IMG/VR virus record: IMGVR_UViG_3300021255_002485
Span: 1 to 64,000 of that record
Reading direction: 5' to 3' (one strand)
DNA from: a virus
Lineage: Duplodnaviria > Caudoviricetes
DNA length: 64,000 bases
The position numbers and the translations under genes are program-made. This document shows, piece by piece, positions 27,901 through 38,809 of the stretch (within the stretch, counting starts at the first letter, position 1; the number at the start of each line of letters is the position of its first letter). The notes below the pieces were generated by a model, which searched no databases, was not told where the DNA came from, and saw only the letters and a program-made list of their open reading frames with translations.

Positions 27901-30900
27901 TATAAAAGACCGTAGGAATTTATTAGGTTTATACAAGACAGATAAGTCAATGCAGAAATATAAGAAATTAAAGAAATTGTTTAGGGGACAAATCTGGTCT
28001 TGGAAACAAAAATCTGCCGAACAATGTAATTTTCAATGTGTTTTAACTGGATCATCGGAATTTCATATACATCATTTGTATGGTTTTAATGATATTTTTG
28101 TTGCATTTGTAAAATCGAATAATATTATAAGTGAAAATGTTGATGATTATTCTTTTGATGAACTGCAATCGTTATGTACAATGTTTGTAGAATATCACAA
28201 TCAATATCCTTTAGGAGTATGTGTAAGACCGGATTTACATATGTTATTTCATGACATTTACGGAAAACATAATAATACACCAGAACAATGGGAGAAGTTT
28301 AAGAATGATTATCAAAACCAATCAATTGCATAATACTAAAATCTAATAAGTGTTGCGAACTTATTGAACATATAGATACTCGATGATTTCTCAGAGGTAG
28401 ATCGAGCTATGACACAAATGTCTGATGCTGCGGGTGCAGCTGATGACGAAATAAAAATCGTGGAAGAGAGTATAGACTTCAGACTTAATCGTTTGAAAGA
28501 GACATGGGTAGGTACACTCCAAGATCTAATAGATCGTGGTGAAATCGGTGTAATCGTAGATGGATTGACAAAAATCTCTGAAGCCATCGGATTCATAGTA
28601 GATAAAATAGGTTTACTTAACCTCGGAGGCCTTGGACTAGAAGGCTTCTTAATGAGTAAAGGATTAGGGTTAACATTAGTCGTAGTTAACAAGCCCCTTA
28701 TTATAAGGTCATGCAATAATGCCGCATGATTAACGTAGTGAGTGTTTTAGACGGGTAACTGTCTAAACTAATCCATAAATGTCGAATATCGGGGGAAGCC
28801 GTAGCCCTTAACAGGGGTGTTTGATTGCTGAAATAAAAGCGTCATTTTATTATGATGTGCAATCAGGCTGTCAAAAACGGTAGTCCCGACGCGTCAATCA
28901 AAGAAACGCGCGAGAGACTGACAAGACACGGAGGCACACAGGCGTATATGTGTGTCGTTGCTGCAATATACAGTCCAGTGTGGGGAAAGCCCACCGTAGA
29001 ATAAGGATTAAAAGGAGAAACGAATATGGAAGACAAAATTAATGAATATAGAATTTATTGGGATACGGAATTAAGAAAAAAAGATAGAGAACTTATGCTT
29101 TGGATGTTTATTGCACTAATAAATGTTATACCTAATATCATAAATATTCTATCTTATTTTACAAAATAAGTATAAATCGTAATAAAGCTTGCAATAAAAC
29201 CGATGAGACCTCCAATAATGATACCGCTTCTAATAAGCCAATAATGAATTATAGTTAATTTCCCGAAATCAGTAATGGCAATAGGGAGTGTGTGATCAAA
29301 GCTGCATTCTGACTGACCTTCACCTAAATCAATAATAGCGACTTCATTACAAATATAGCCTTTTTTAGCCAAGGCTATAAGTTGCTTTGATACGGATTCT
29401 TCTGTTTCGTTATATAATAACACGCAGAAATCATGAAAATTTAGTGGGGAGCGTTTGTAGAGATACATCAATATCCTACAATCAGCATAATTTATCATAC
29501 TTATCCCCTAGGATTCCAAGTATATCCGCATTTTCCACATCGGTTCACGGTCTTACTGGCTCCTATGAAGCCCCAGAAATGATTAACTCCTCTTGCTCCG
29601 GTAGCGATATTGGTAGAACCGCATTTAGGGCATTTGAGAGCACTCTTTTCTTCTGCTTTAGCACTCTTCTGCCCCTCTACTTGAGCGCGGAATTGAGCCA
29701 TACGGGATTGATACTCGATGATGTCTTCTTCCTTGAGTTGCATCATGGCTTCGAAAAAGTCGGGATCGGTAGAGATTTTACCTATTATACTATAATCTGA
29801 ACCTTGTATATTTGTTTTCTTTAATTGATTAAATGGGGTATGACAACATATACATTCATCTCGATTGATAATTCTAGGATCAGGGATATATCCTTTAATT
29901 AAAAAATAAAAATGCTCATCTAAACTATTAGCACATGTTTTACAATAATAAATATATTCGTTTTCCATAATATTGTATTGCTCCTCATTCTTTAAGTATA
30001 ATTCTATCATATGGTTGTAAACTACGACAAGATAAACAATCAGTGGACAGGTATTATACCTAGTATAGTTTCGGCAAGGAAAGAACTTGTTACATTTAAT
30101 GATGAAACAGAAAGTTTCATTACTACTTTTAAGGGTTTTTCTGCTGGTATGAATTCAGATGGCATAGATAAACTTGCTGCTGATTTAAGGAATGTTGATC
30201 AAGAAGTTGTAAAATCTGCTAAAGGTTTTTCTCAAAGCGGTCAATCAATTGAACAATGGGAAAATAGCGTTCGTAGAGCGCAAGTATCCTCTTCAAACTT
30301 TGGTAATACATTAAAGTTTTTAGGTGGTATTCTAGCTAATATGGCTATAGCCGCTGTTTTAGAATCTCTTATTGCACTAACCTATGAATTAGCCAATGCT
30401 AACAGAAAGCTATTCGAAGAAGCTTCAAAACTGAATAACGAATATAATTCTGCTGAATTAGATATCGATAATTATAAAACACAAATACAAGATCTTCAGA
30501 ATAAAATCAATGATTCAACTACTTCTTACGAGGATGCTTGTGATGCCAGAGAACAATTACTTGATATTCAAGATAAGTTAATATCTAAATATGGAACGGA
30601 ACAAGGAGCAATCGAAGATATTACAGATGCTATTAACAATCAAGTATCTGCCTTGGATCGTTTAAAGGATTCTGAATATACAAAATTATTAGGGGAATAC
30701 AACAATCCAGATTTCTGGGATAATCCCATTCAGAATATTGCAGATAAAATTAATCGCTTTTCTTATGGTATAGCAGATTGGATTTTAGGTGGAGAATATG
30801 ATATCCCCTCTAGAAGTGATCTTTTAGTAAGGGAAATGGGTCATGTTTATGAATCTCTACGACTTCCGTCTAATGATTTAGATATATTAGAAAAGTATTC

Positions 30901-33900
30901 TGAAAGTTTTGAAAATATTCGTATTAAAGCAGTAAATAACGGAGAAAGTATTGCTGTTATAACCGGGGAAATTCATGAAGCAAGAAATGAATTGTCTGAA
31001 TTATATACATTAATGGAAAATTCAGATGCTTCTCAACGAAGTCTCAATAATATTTCCAAAATAATCCATAATTTAGATACCGAAATTTCTAATGGTGAAG
31101 AATGGGCTGATAAACTCATACTTAGAAACAAAGTATTAGGCAACAACAATAATCTAAATATAGAAACTCAATATAATGATTATTTGACTGCCCAGCAAAA
31201 GTATAAAGATGCTGTAATTGCCGGCAATGAAAAATTAGCTCAAAGCATTGCCATTGAACTGTCTAGAATTTATCAAGATATTTATACAAAGTATATTCCA
31301 GATGGGATTAGCTCTGATGAACGTCAAATATTAAATTATATTGAAAGATTGTCTCCGGATATTGATTTAGGTTTAGCTAAATTTAAGGATACACTTGCTA
31401 ACGAATTAAATTCTTCCTTAAAAATAAATCCTCAAATAAAGATTAATGATGAAGCCATTAATCAAAATGAAATATTGATTGATGAATTAATGGAATATTT
31501 GAACGATGAACTAATGGATGCTGCCGATTTAGGTGTAGATATATCAAATACTGTATATGGTAATATTGATACGGCATTTAGAGATCGTTTGGAATGGACA
31601 GAGGAAAATCTTGCTAAATATCATGATGCAATTCTTTCATGGGGATTTACCCCAGAAGAATTAAAAGATTCTGTTAGTACTGTTCTTGGTTCAATGGATG
31701 AATTCAATGGCATCCAAGTTGCATATTCTCCTATGCTTGAAACCGATCACGGTTTAGAATTATTATCTCGCGATACTGTCAACACGTATATATCTAGTGT
31801 TTTAGAACAAGCTGGAGAAGACACGTCCTTAGAAAACATTTTAAAAATAGATGCCAAAGGTTTTGAAATACAAGGTCAACAGATTCGAAATCTTATCGCA
31901 GATATTGGAAATACCGCAGAAACAACTTCTCGATCTATGCATTTTACGGGTGTAAATGGTGCAATTGATGGTACGGTTAACAAAATAAATCGTCTTAAAG
32001 CAGAGATTAATAATTTGGGTGATACAAATGAATCGCTTACATCAAATTTAGATTCAACACTGACTCAAACATTAAGAAATGCTGTGGGTTTATCTGGTAT
32101 TACAGCTGAAACATTAAATATAATGGATGAGGCTGTAAAGGATTACGGAGAAGATGCTTTAAGAAGTTTAGGTTATACTGAATCTGAAATTACAGTTTAT
32201 CAAAATCTAAAGCGTATCCTTGAAGAATACGACGTATCTATTAAAAATGCAACGTCTGATCTTGTACAATTTAACATTATAGATAACGAAGTTCAACAAC
32301 AACTTAAGAATACATTTAATTCTCATGATGTCAAAGATTGGATAGACACATTGACCGACGAAGAATTAAGTATTCTTATAACAGGTAAATTTGATGGCAA
32401 AGAATCCTTAGAGGATCTGCAAAAGTGGTTAGAGAATGCCAAAAAAGAAGCAGAATCAAATTCTCCCATCCTTTCTCCCGAATTTGATATGTCCGCTCTT
32501 TCTGCTGCCGGAGAGGATCTTAAGTCTCTAAAATCTTTATACGATCAATATAGAGAGAATATAGAGAATAATCCTACGAAGCCTTATCTCGATCTCACTG
32601 AAGTTGAGGGTTTGCGTGATAAGTTAGAAGGAATTGTAGGTGCAGAAGATTTCAATGCTTTTGAAAGTTTGGTAACAAATGCTAATTCTTCAGCTTCTGA
32701 AGTTGAAGCAGCATTTAACCAAATGGCTACTGCCTATGCAGCGGCACAGATTAATATGCAAGGAGCTACTGCTAAAACAGCAGAAATGCTTAGAACACAG
32801 CTTCAAGAATGGGGATTTACTAAAGAATCCGTGGATCAGTATGTTAATGCGATGATGATCGCAGAAACAGCTAATTCAAGTTTTGGATTATCTCAAGATC
32901 AAGCCATTGCTAACCTTCAAAATATGGCGACCCAATTGGGAATAACGGATGAACAGTTGGCTCAATATATCATCGAAGCAGCTCAAGCTGGATATATTAA
33001 ACTAGATGGGGATATCAGCTTCTTAGAGCAATTAGTTAGTGGATTAGGTGGAGCTATAGATGCTTTGCGTATGTATAAAGCCGCTTTCTCAGCTGGTGGT
33101 ACTGCAATCACAAAGAATCAGGCAGAGTATGAACGTGCTAAAGGCATGAAAAAGCTGAAAACGGATACAGATGCTGCATCAAAATCCACTGATACGTTAG
33201 CAAACTCCTTGCTTAAAATGGGTAAAACTGCCACGCAAGCAGGTAAATCAGCGGGTGGTGCAGGTGGAGCAGCTAAAGACGCTGCTGAAGAGACTTCTGA
33301 TGTAATGTCCACTCTTTCTGGTCAGCTTGACGAAATTCAAGCAGCATATAAAGACCTCAAAGATATCATGGATGATTATAATGAGACGGGCAAAATCAGT
33401 GTAGATCAGGCACAAACTATTCTTACCTCTGATTTCCGTTATCTTGCTCTTCTATCGGATGAGTCTGGGGCACTCGCACTTAATGAACAAGGTTTCGTAA
33501 ATCTTGCTCAAGCTAAGCTAAACGAGATGCAGATTACTCTTGTTCGTAATGCCATAGATACGGTTAATTCGCTCACAAGTGAAGCAGAAGCTGCCAAATA
33601 TCTGTCTAATGCTTATATTGAACTCGGTAATAATGCTTTAACCGCATCACAACAGGCTCTTGCAGCGGCTGTTAATGCAGCTCATGCTCGTGGTGCAATG
33701 CAAGGTGCAGCCGCAGATATGATTGCACAGGGTGCTCAAAATGCATTGTCCATGCTTCAGAATGTAGACTTTTCTGCTCAAGGTATGGGTGCAGCATCGG
33801 GATCGTCAGATTCCAAAGATTCTTCTGGAGATTCTTCTAACAATTCAACTCCTGAAGAAGTTGAAGAAAAATACGAGGAAGATTTCGATTGGATCGAACG

Positions 33901-36900
33901 ATTACTTGAACGCTTAACCAAGATTACCGAAAAATGGCAGAAACAAGCAAGCCGATTCTTTACATTCTGGAATAAGAACTGGGCAGTAAATCAGCAAATT
34001 AAATCTGGGCGAGACGAAGTTGACGCTAATAAACGTGCTTATACGTACTATATGAAGCAAGCAGCCGATGTCGGACTCGATGTAAAATACCGTGATCTTG
34101 TAGAAAAAGGCGGATTTTCTGTAGAAACTATCGAAAACAAGGAACTTGGAGAAAAGATAGAGAAATATGAGGAATGGTATGATAAGGCTCAAAAATGTAA
34201 GGAAACTATTCAGGATCTTTATGAAACTGAACAAGAGCTTATTAAGAGTAAGCTTGATAATATTGTAGATTACTATGATACACTTGACTCATACTACTCT
34301 TCTATCGTATCCAAGATTGACGCTCAAATAGGTGTTAAAGCAGCCGCAGGACAGCGTACTACAATTGAAGATTTACTTCGTCAATATGCTGCTAATCTTG
34401 ACTATTACAATAATGCTCGTGATGCTCAGCTGAAATATCAGATGGGATTAGCCATAAATGAAGCGGTTACTGTCGATACAGCTGAAGCTGCGATAGATAA
34501 AACACGTAAGGTTTATGTTGGTACAAATGCTTATGAAACCCTTACCGAGCGTCGGGATGAATTACAAGATAAACTAGATGAGTACAATCAATCCCTCCAA
34601 GATATAGCTGATACCAAGGCTGAAATAGCTGAAGCCAGAAAAAATAGGGATGCCGAGGAACAAAAACGTCTAAATGTCGAATTAAAGGAACTCCAGAAGA
34701 TTTCTAAATCATATAAGTTCACAACGGCAGAAAAGAGGGAATTTACAAGTATAAATAAAAAGCTTGAAGTATTCTCTACTATATTGTCAGACAAGACTTA
34801 TTATGATGAAATTAGTGAGATAGTCGATAATTATCTTGAGAGAATTGATGATTATACGGTTCTTACAGAGCAAATCAAAGAACTCAACAAAGAACTCCGT
34901 ACCCAGAAGGATAAAGATGTTCGTAAGTCTATTCAAGAGCAAATCAAGGATTTCCAAAAGCAAGCTAAAGAAGCCAATCTATCCGGCAAAGAAAAGACGG
35001 AGCTGAAAAAGCTTCAACAGCAACTTGAAGATTATGATATCACTGGTGATACCACGGTAACGCGAAACTATGCTCAAGCATATGCAACGCAACAAAGATT
35101 GCTTGAAAGACAAGCTGAAGCACAAAGACTTTCAGATGTATTGGATGCAGATACCCAGAGTCTGCTTCAAGCAAGATTAGATAAAAATACTGATGATATC
35201 AAGTATTATCAAAAAGCTGTTGCACAAGATAAAAGAGATTTAAACAAAACCAAGCTTAAGGCAAACGAGGAGAAGCTTCTAAAAGCTCTCACGGGTCAGC
35301 TTGACGCAATTGCTAAGATTCAAGATATTGGTGTTGTCGATAATTTAGTCGCATCTACAGCTACATATCAAAGATTGCTGCAAAATATCGGAAATCTGCA
35401 AAGTAAGGAAAAACTGAGTCTTGCAGAGCAGACCAAACTTAATATGTATCTTGATGAGTTAGCAGCTATCAATGAAGGTGTGTTAGTAGATGACTTATCG
35501 TCTTATGTGTCAAATTACGAAAAATGGTGGAAATTAAATCAGATTGAGAATAAGACTCAAGCACAATGGCAGCAATTCCTTAAGTTGGACGACTTAAAGA
35601 CTAGTTTGGAAACCGCATATCAGAGTTATTTAACAGGTTTACAACAGGATCTTCAAGATGCAATTGAAAGTATTAATGCATCTACTAATATGGCAGATCT
35701 GGAATACAATAAAAAGCAAACCGAAGAAGCCATTCGTAAGGCTTATGCGGATCGTACTGCTGCTGAAGAAGCTACTATTAAGGATACGACCGAATATCAG
35801 ACTATTTTAGCTACAATCAAGAACCTTGAAGATGATGAAGCGGCTCTGCTTAAAAAAGGTAAAGGCTTGAGTCCTGCTAATAAAGCAAAGCTTGAAAAGG
35901 CACGTAAAGAATTAGAAGCTCTCGAAACCGGAGCTACCCTTGCTAATATCAAAGAATACAAAAAGTATTGGGAATATGTCAATGATGACAAGCGTTTAGC
36001 ACGTTATAATAACGGTACTCTTAGTGCCGCAGAAGCAACGACATATGACTTGTATATGAAGTATCTCCGTCAGTGGGATGAAGAACGTGAAGAAGTTTTT
36101 GGTGATATTGAAAAAGAACTGCAAGAACAGCTTCAAAAGTTGGATATTGAGTATGATACCCGACTCAATGAGCTTGAAGCCGAAAAGTATGAACGTCTTC
36201 AGACCATGTATGAAACAGCTAAGACTCTTGCAGAAGCGCAGATTAATCAATATCAACGAACCATTGATAACTTAAACGCTCAGATAGAAAACTACAAGAG
36301 TATAGCGGATCTATTGAGTTCACTCGATTTAACCACTATTCGTAAATACAATATAAATGAGATCTTCGATATGGATGGTAATGCCACCCTTGAAGAACTT
36401 TTATATAGTAAAGTACGTGATGCAGGGAAAAAATCTCAAGAACTTATAAATGATCTGGTTAAACAAGCTGATTTGTACCAAGAATTAATTGATGCAGGTA
36501 CATCTGAAGGATTTGAGGGGATTCTTGAAGATTATCGTTCTCAGGCTTCAGAAGAAATGCAGAGCGTTCTCGATGAAGTCATCAAGCAGCTTAATGAGAA
36601 TGATTATACTGATAGTGAATGGATTACTGAATGGCAACAGAATCTTGCTGAGATTACGGACCAAATTGTTGATACAATTCAATCCGTACAAGAGTTAGCT
36701 GACAAGATGAGACAAGTAACATTTGCTAATATTCAACGAGCGTTGGATATGAATGAATCACTTGTTTCTCAATTAAGTGCTCAAGCAGGAATATTTGAAG
36801 ATGCATGGATGCGTGACGCTGAAGGCATTACACAATACGGCTATGCAAGAGCAAGTATTCTTGGTCAACAAATGACCGTACTTCAAGATCAAGTTCGTAA

Positions 36901-37906
36901 TTATGCCGAAATGGTCAGAAAAATAGATGAGGCTCAGAAGAATGAGGATACTCGCTATGCTACTGAGGACGATTATTGGAAAGCACGTAATGAAGCGTTA
37001 GTTAATTACTATAATTCCATTGGAAGTCTTGAAGATGTTACCAATCAGATCTATCAAATCGGTAAAGAAGCTCAAGAAAGCGAAATAACAAACGTAAAAA
37101 CCATTATTGATTTACGCAAAAAAGAGCTTTCAACTAAAAAGGCTTTATACGAGTATGATAAAAACCTTAAGAAACAAACTAAATCTGTTGAAGATTTGAG
37201 GGCGCAGATTGATGCTTTGAACAATATTTCTACCGCAGATGCCCTTGCTCAAAAAGCTCAGCTTGAAGCTCAGCTTGCTGAAGCCGAGGAAAGTCTCGAA
37301 GATTTGCAAATCGAGCATCAATTTGATTTGGAAACACAAGCGTTTGATAACTTTATTGCAGATTTAGATAAGACTCTTACTGATGCAAATGATACTGTAT
37401 ATGAAACGTTTGAAGAGTTTGCTGCAACAATAAAAGAAATATTGAGTGCTGCAAGTGGTGCTGATGTAGAGGGTGCAATACAGAATATAACTGATCTTTT
37501 GATGGGTGAAGGTTATAAAGATCCGTCATTTGAAGCTGGTAGTTTTTCAACTTCAAATGGTACTTACACTCCATTAAGTCAGTCTGATTTCTTAACAGGA
37601 CTTGGATTTACCAATCCTTCAACTCTTGATGCTAATGCGCATCTGTCAAATATGAATGATTTGTTGGCTCAGATATTTGATAATATGGCAACTAAGATTA
37701 CTACAGAGATTGAAGATTTGGCGAAGAACGCTAATCAGAACAATATAACTATCAATCAGAACTATGATTCGTTATTGAATGTTAATGGCTCTATTGATAA
37801 GACAGTTGTCGATAGTGTTGAAGCACTTCTACGTGAAAGCTATTCATACACTCGTGAAAAGCTTTATGCAGAACTTCAAAAACTTGGAATTGTTCGTACG
37901 TACTAA
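21927..37906 (+). CDS. tape measure protein in four exons (21927-25349, 26131-26562, 28376-28670, 30015-37906), 12,042 nt = 4,013 aa spliced
   Basis: Ligation gives in-frame NVNRIG|NTFATS, GQVLAG|ILDDF and SKGLG-F-VNYDK. TP901-type TMP core motifs (AAAWSRLGYS, GTAFRTISMRIRG) span the exons. Long coiled coils, upstream of distal tail gene. Confidence 0.88.
25520..25722 (+). ncRNA. putative antisense antitoxin sRNA (~200 nt)
   Basis: Promoter TTGACA-N17-TATATT at 25485-25513. No substantial ORF. Ends in terminator AGCAACC...GGTTGCT-TTTTT, which overlaps the toxin 3' end. The 5' end is approximate. Confidence 0.65.
25692..25814 (-). CDS. putative type I toxin, 40 aa MAFELIALASTIISGIKSLIDIVIGIWSLVSKKQPPSPKV
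   Basis: Hydrophobic peptide with basic/Pro tail. Own promoter TTGAAA-N17-TATAAT (~25962-25934, - strand). SD sequences lie inside hairpins. Confidence 0.75.
   Translation of the reverse strand: MAFELIALASTIISGIKSLIDIVIGIWSLVSKKQPPSPKV
26942..26970 (+). promoter_or_regulatory. perfect sigma70/sigmaA consensus promoter inside intron T2
   Basis: TTGACA-N17-TATAAT, 73 nt upstream of the endonuclease ATG. Confidence 0.75.
27044..28333 (+). CDS. intron-encoded HNH-like homing endonuclease with HTH/Myb-like repeats
   Basis: C-terminal CVLTG..FHIHHL...GVCV..DLHMLFHDIYG. Repeated WT/WS.EE...L helical units. Confidence 0.75.
   Translation: MNKKNPRKVTDTERETMKNLYLSGWKMKDIAKKLDRYPDVIRRALIDMRVYDNKTNYMTEEELNSIILDYQKGMTPKELSIKYHRGDGYLINKLKKAGVYQYSTLRISKQQWENIAELYQSGKIDEIWRLYPQLTLSSLYSKMSKMNVRNGTRNYWTDKDREIVKEFYLDSNINDIYELIGYRHTIDAIQTLAFKEFRYSKNKNWSDEEDRILTECYSVLPIEKVLELLPNRTLEGVRNRAKKFRLISNYRISTYWTQEENEFLFNHWQMLSDYEISKILNKNEMSIKDRRNLLGLYKTDKSMQKYKKLKKLFRGQIWSWKQKSAEQCNFQCVLTGSSEFHIHHLYGFNDIFVAFVKSNNIISENVDDYSFDELQSLCTMFVEYHNQYPLGVCVRPDLHMLFHDIYGKHNNTPEQWEKFKNDYQNQSIA
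29026..29169 (+). CDS. 47-aa peptide with hydrophobic C-terminal half inside intron T3
   Basis: AAAGGAG RBS. MEDKINEYRIYWDTELRKKDRELMLWMFIALINVIPNIINILSYFTK (hand-translated). Confidence 0.5.
   Translation: MEDKINEYRIYWDTELRKKDRELMLWMFIALINVIPNIINILSYFTK
29154..29498 (-). CDS. intron cargo: winged-helix-like protein with C-terminal TM helix
   Basis: L.KKGYI...ITDFGK wHTH-like pattern and terminal GIIIGGLIGFIASFITIYTYF segment. Confidence 0.65.
   Translation of the reverse strand: MINYADCRILMYLYKRSPLNFHDFCVLLYNETEESVSKQLIALAKKGYICNEVAIIDLGEGQSECSFDHTLPIAITDFGKLTIIHYWLIRSGIIIGGLIGFIASFITIYTYFVK
29501..29968 (-). CDS. intron cargo: double zinc-ribbon protein
   Basis: CKTC/CICC and CPKC/CGKC pairs. 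GAGGAG RBS before ATG 29968. Confidence 0.75.
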   Translation of the reverse strand: MENEYIYYCKTCANSLDEHFYFLIKGYIPDPRIINRDECICCHTPFNQLKKTNIQGSDYSIIGKISTDPDFFEAMMQLKEEDIIEYQSRMAQFRAQVEGQKSAKAEEKSALKCPKCGSTNIATGARGVNHFWGFIGASKTVNRCGKCGYTWNPRG

Positions 37907-37975
37907 TTCTGTTGAGTCGAGCGGGGTCAAAGCCGCTCGGCTTATTTACATTATATAGAAAGGTGGTGTGGTGCA

Positions 37976-38809
37976 ATGGCACTATTAGACGCGACTTCCT
38001 TTGTATTCGATGGTCATAGTTCGGATGAATTTGATTTAAGCATCGGATGGTTTGGAGACGATAATGACGATGATATGACGACCGGATTATCTGTCGATTT
38101 AAGACGAGGTGAACAAAACGCCATTCGCACTGATCCAAATTTATACGGAACAGTTTATGAAGATACATTAAGATTCGAATTTGCGTTAGTTCCAAAATGT
38201 AATAGTGACAGACAATTCTTTACTTATAAAGAATTTAGAGAAATAAATAATTGGTTACGTGGCTCTAATACGTACAAATTATTACATTTTAATGACCCTA
38301 CTGTTCCAGAACAAATAAACTATTATGCGATTTGTACGGAAATTATAGATGTTCAATATGACGGACGAAACGGTAAGAAAGTAACATTTGTGTGTAACTC
38401 TCCTTTTGGATTTACAAATAAAATCCATAAAACATTTAAGATTACAGATGAGAATCCAAAGGAATTCAAATTATACAATATGTCTGATGAAGACATATAT
38501 TATCCGACAATTATGATTCAAGTTGAAGACGGATTCACTGATACAATTAGTATTGAGAATGTGTCAGATGACAAAGTTGCGGTAATAGATTTTAGTAATT
38601 TGGAATCTAATACTGTCATTATGAATTCCAAACAAGGAAAGTTAATAGATGAAAACGGAAAATTGATCCCGGCATATAAGATTGGTTGGGATAATACGGA
38701 TAATATTTATTGGTTCCGCTTAATCAAAGATTGGAACACGATTAAAGTAATCGGAATCTCAACTGTTACATTTATATGTGAATTTCCGAGAAAGGTAGGT
38801 ATTTTATGA
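37976..38809 (+). CDS. distal tail protein (Dit)
   Basis: Directly after TMP. FVFDG..S..F N-terminus and F.CNSPFG motif. Confidence 0.7.
   Translation: MALLDATSFVFDGHSSDEFDLSIGWFGDDNDDDMTTGLSVDLRRGEQNAIRTDPNLYGTVYEDTLRFEFALVPKCNSDRQFFTYKEFREINNWLRGSNTYKLLHFNDPTVPEQINYYAICTEIIDVQYDGRNGKKVTFVCNSPFGFTNKIHKTFKITDENPKEFKLYNMSDEDIYYPTIMIQVEDGFTDTISIENVSDDKVAVIDFSNLESNTVIMNSKQGKLIDENGKLIPAYKIGWDNTDNIYWFRLIKDWNTIKVIGISTVTFICEFPRKVGIL

Larger units (their letters stand above)
26563..28375 (+). mobile_element. group I intron T2 (1813 nt) with HNH-type endonuclease
   Basis: P1 CAGGC/GCCUG, P AAUUGCAGG, Q CUUGCAGCGAAG, P7 GACUA 26809-26813 / UAGUC 26985-26989, terminal G28375, in-frame ligation. Confidence 0.88.
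28671..30014 (+). mobile_element. group I intron T3 (1344 nt), no endonuclease, accessory genes in the P9 region
   Basis: P1 GGGU/GCCC with U.G. P AAUAUCGGGGGAA, Q UAGUCCCGAC, P7 GACUG 28916-28920 / CAGUC 28971-28975, P9 GUGGG-GAAAG-CCCAC. 13/14-bp P10 (28679-28692 with 30015-30028). In-frame ligation. Confidence 0.85.

Noticed and set aside
25350-30014. TMP interruptions as frameshifts, pseudogenisation, inteins or group II introns
   Set aside because: Each has group I P/Q/R/S elements, a terminal G and exact in-frame ligation. In-frame stops exclude inteins, and there is no RT ORF or GUGYG 5' end.
30011-37906. Independent 2631-aa gene starting at ATG 30011
   Set aside because: No SD precedes it. 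The ATGG ends at the predicted terminal G, and the 13/14-bp P10 plus in-frame ligation favour an exon.
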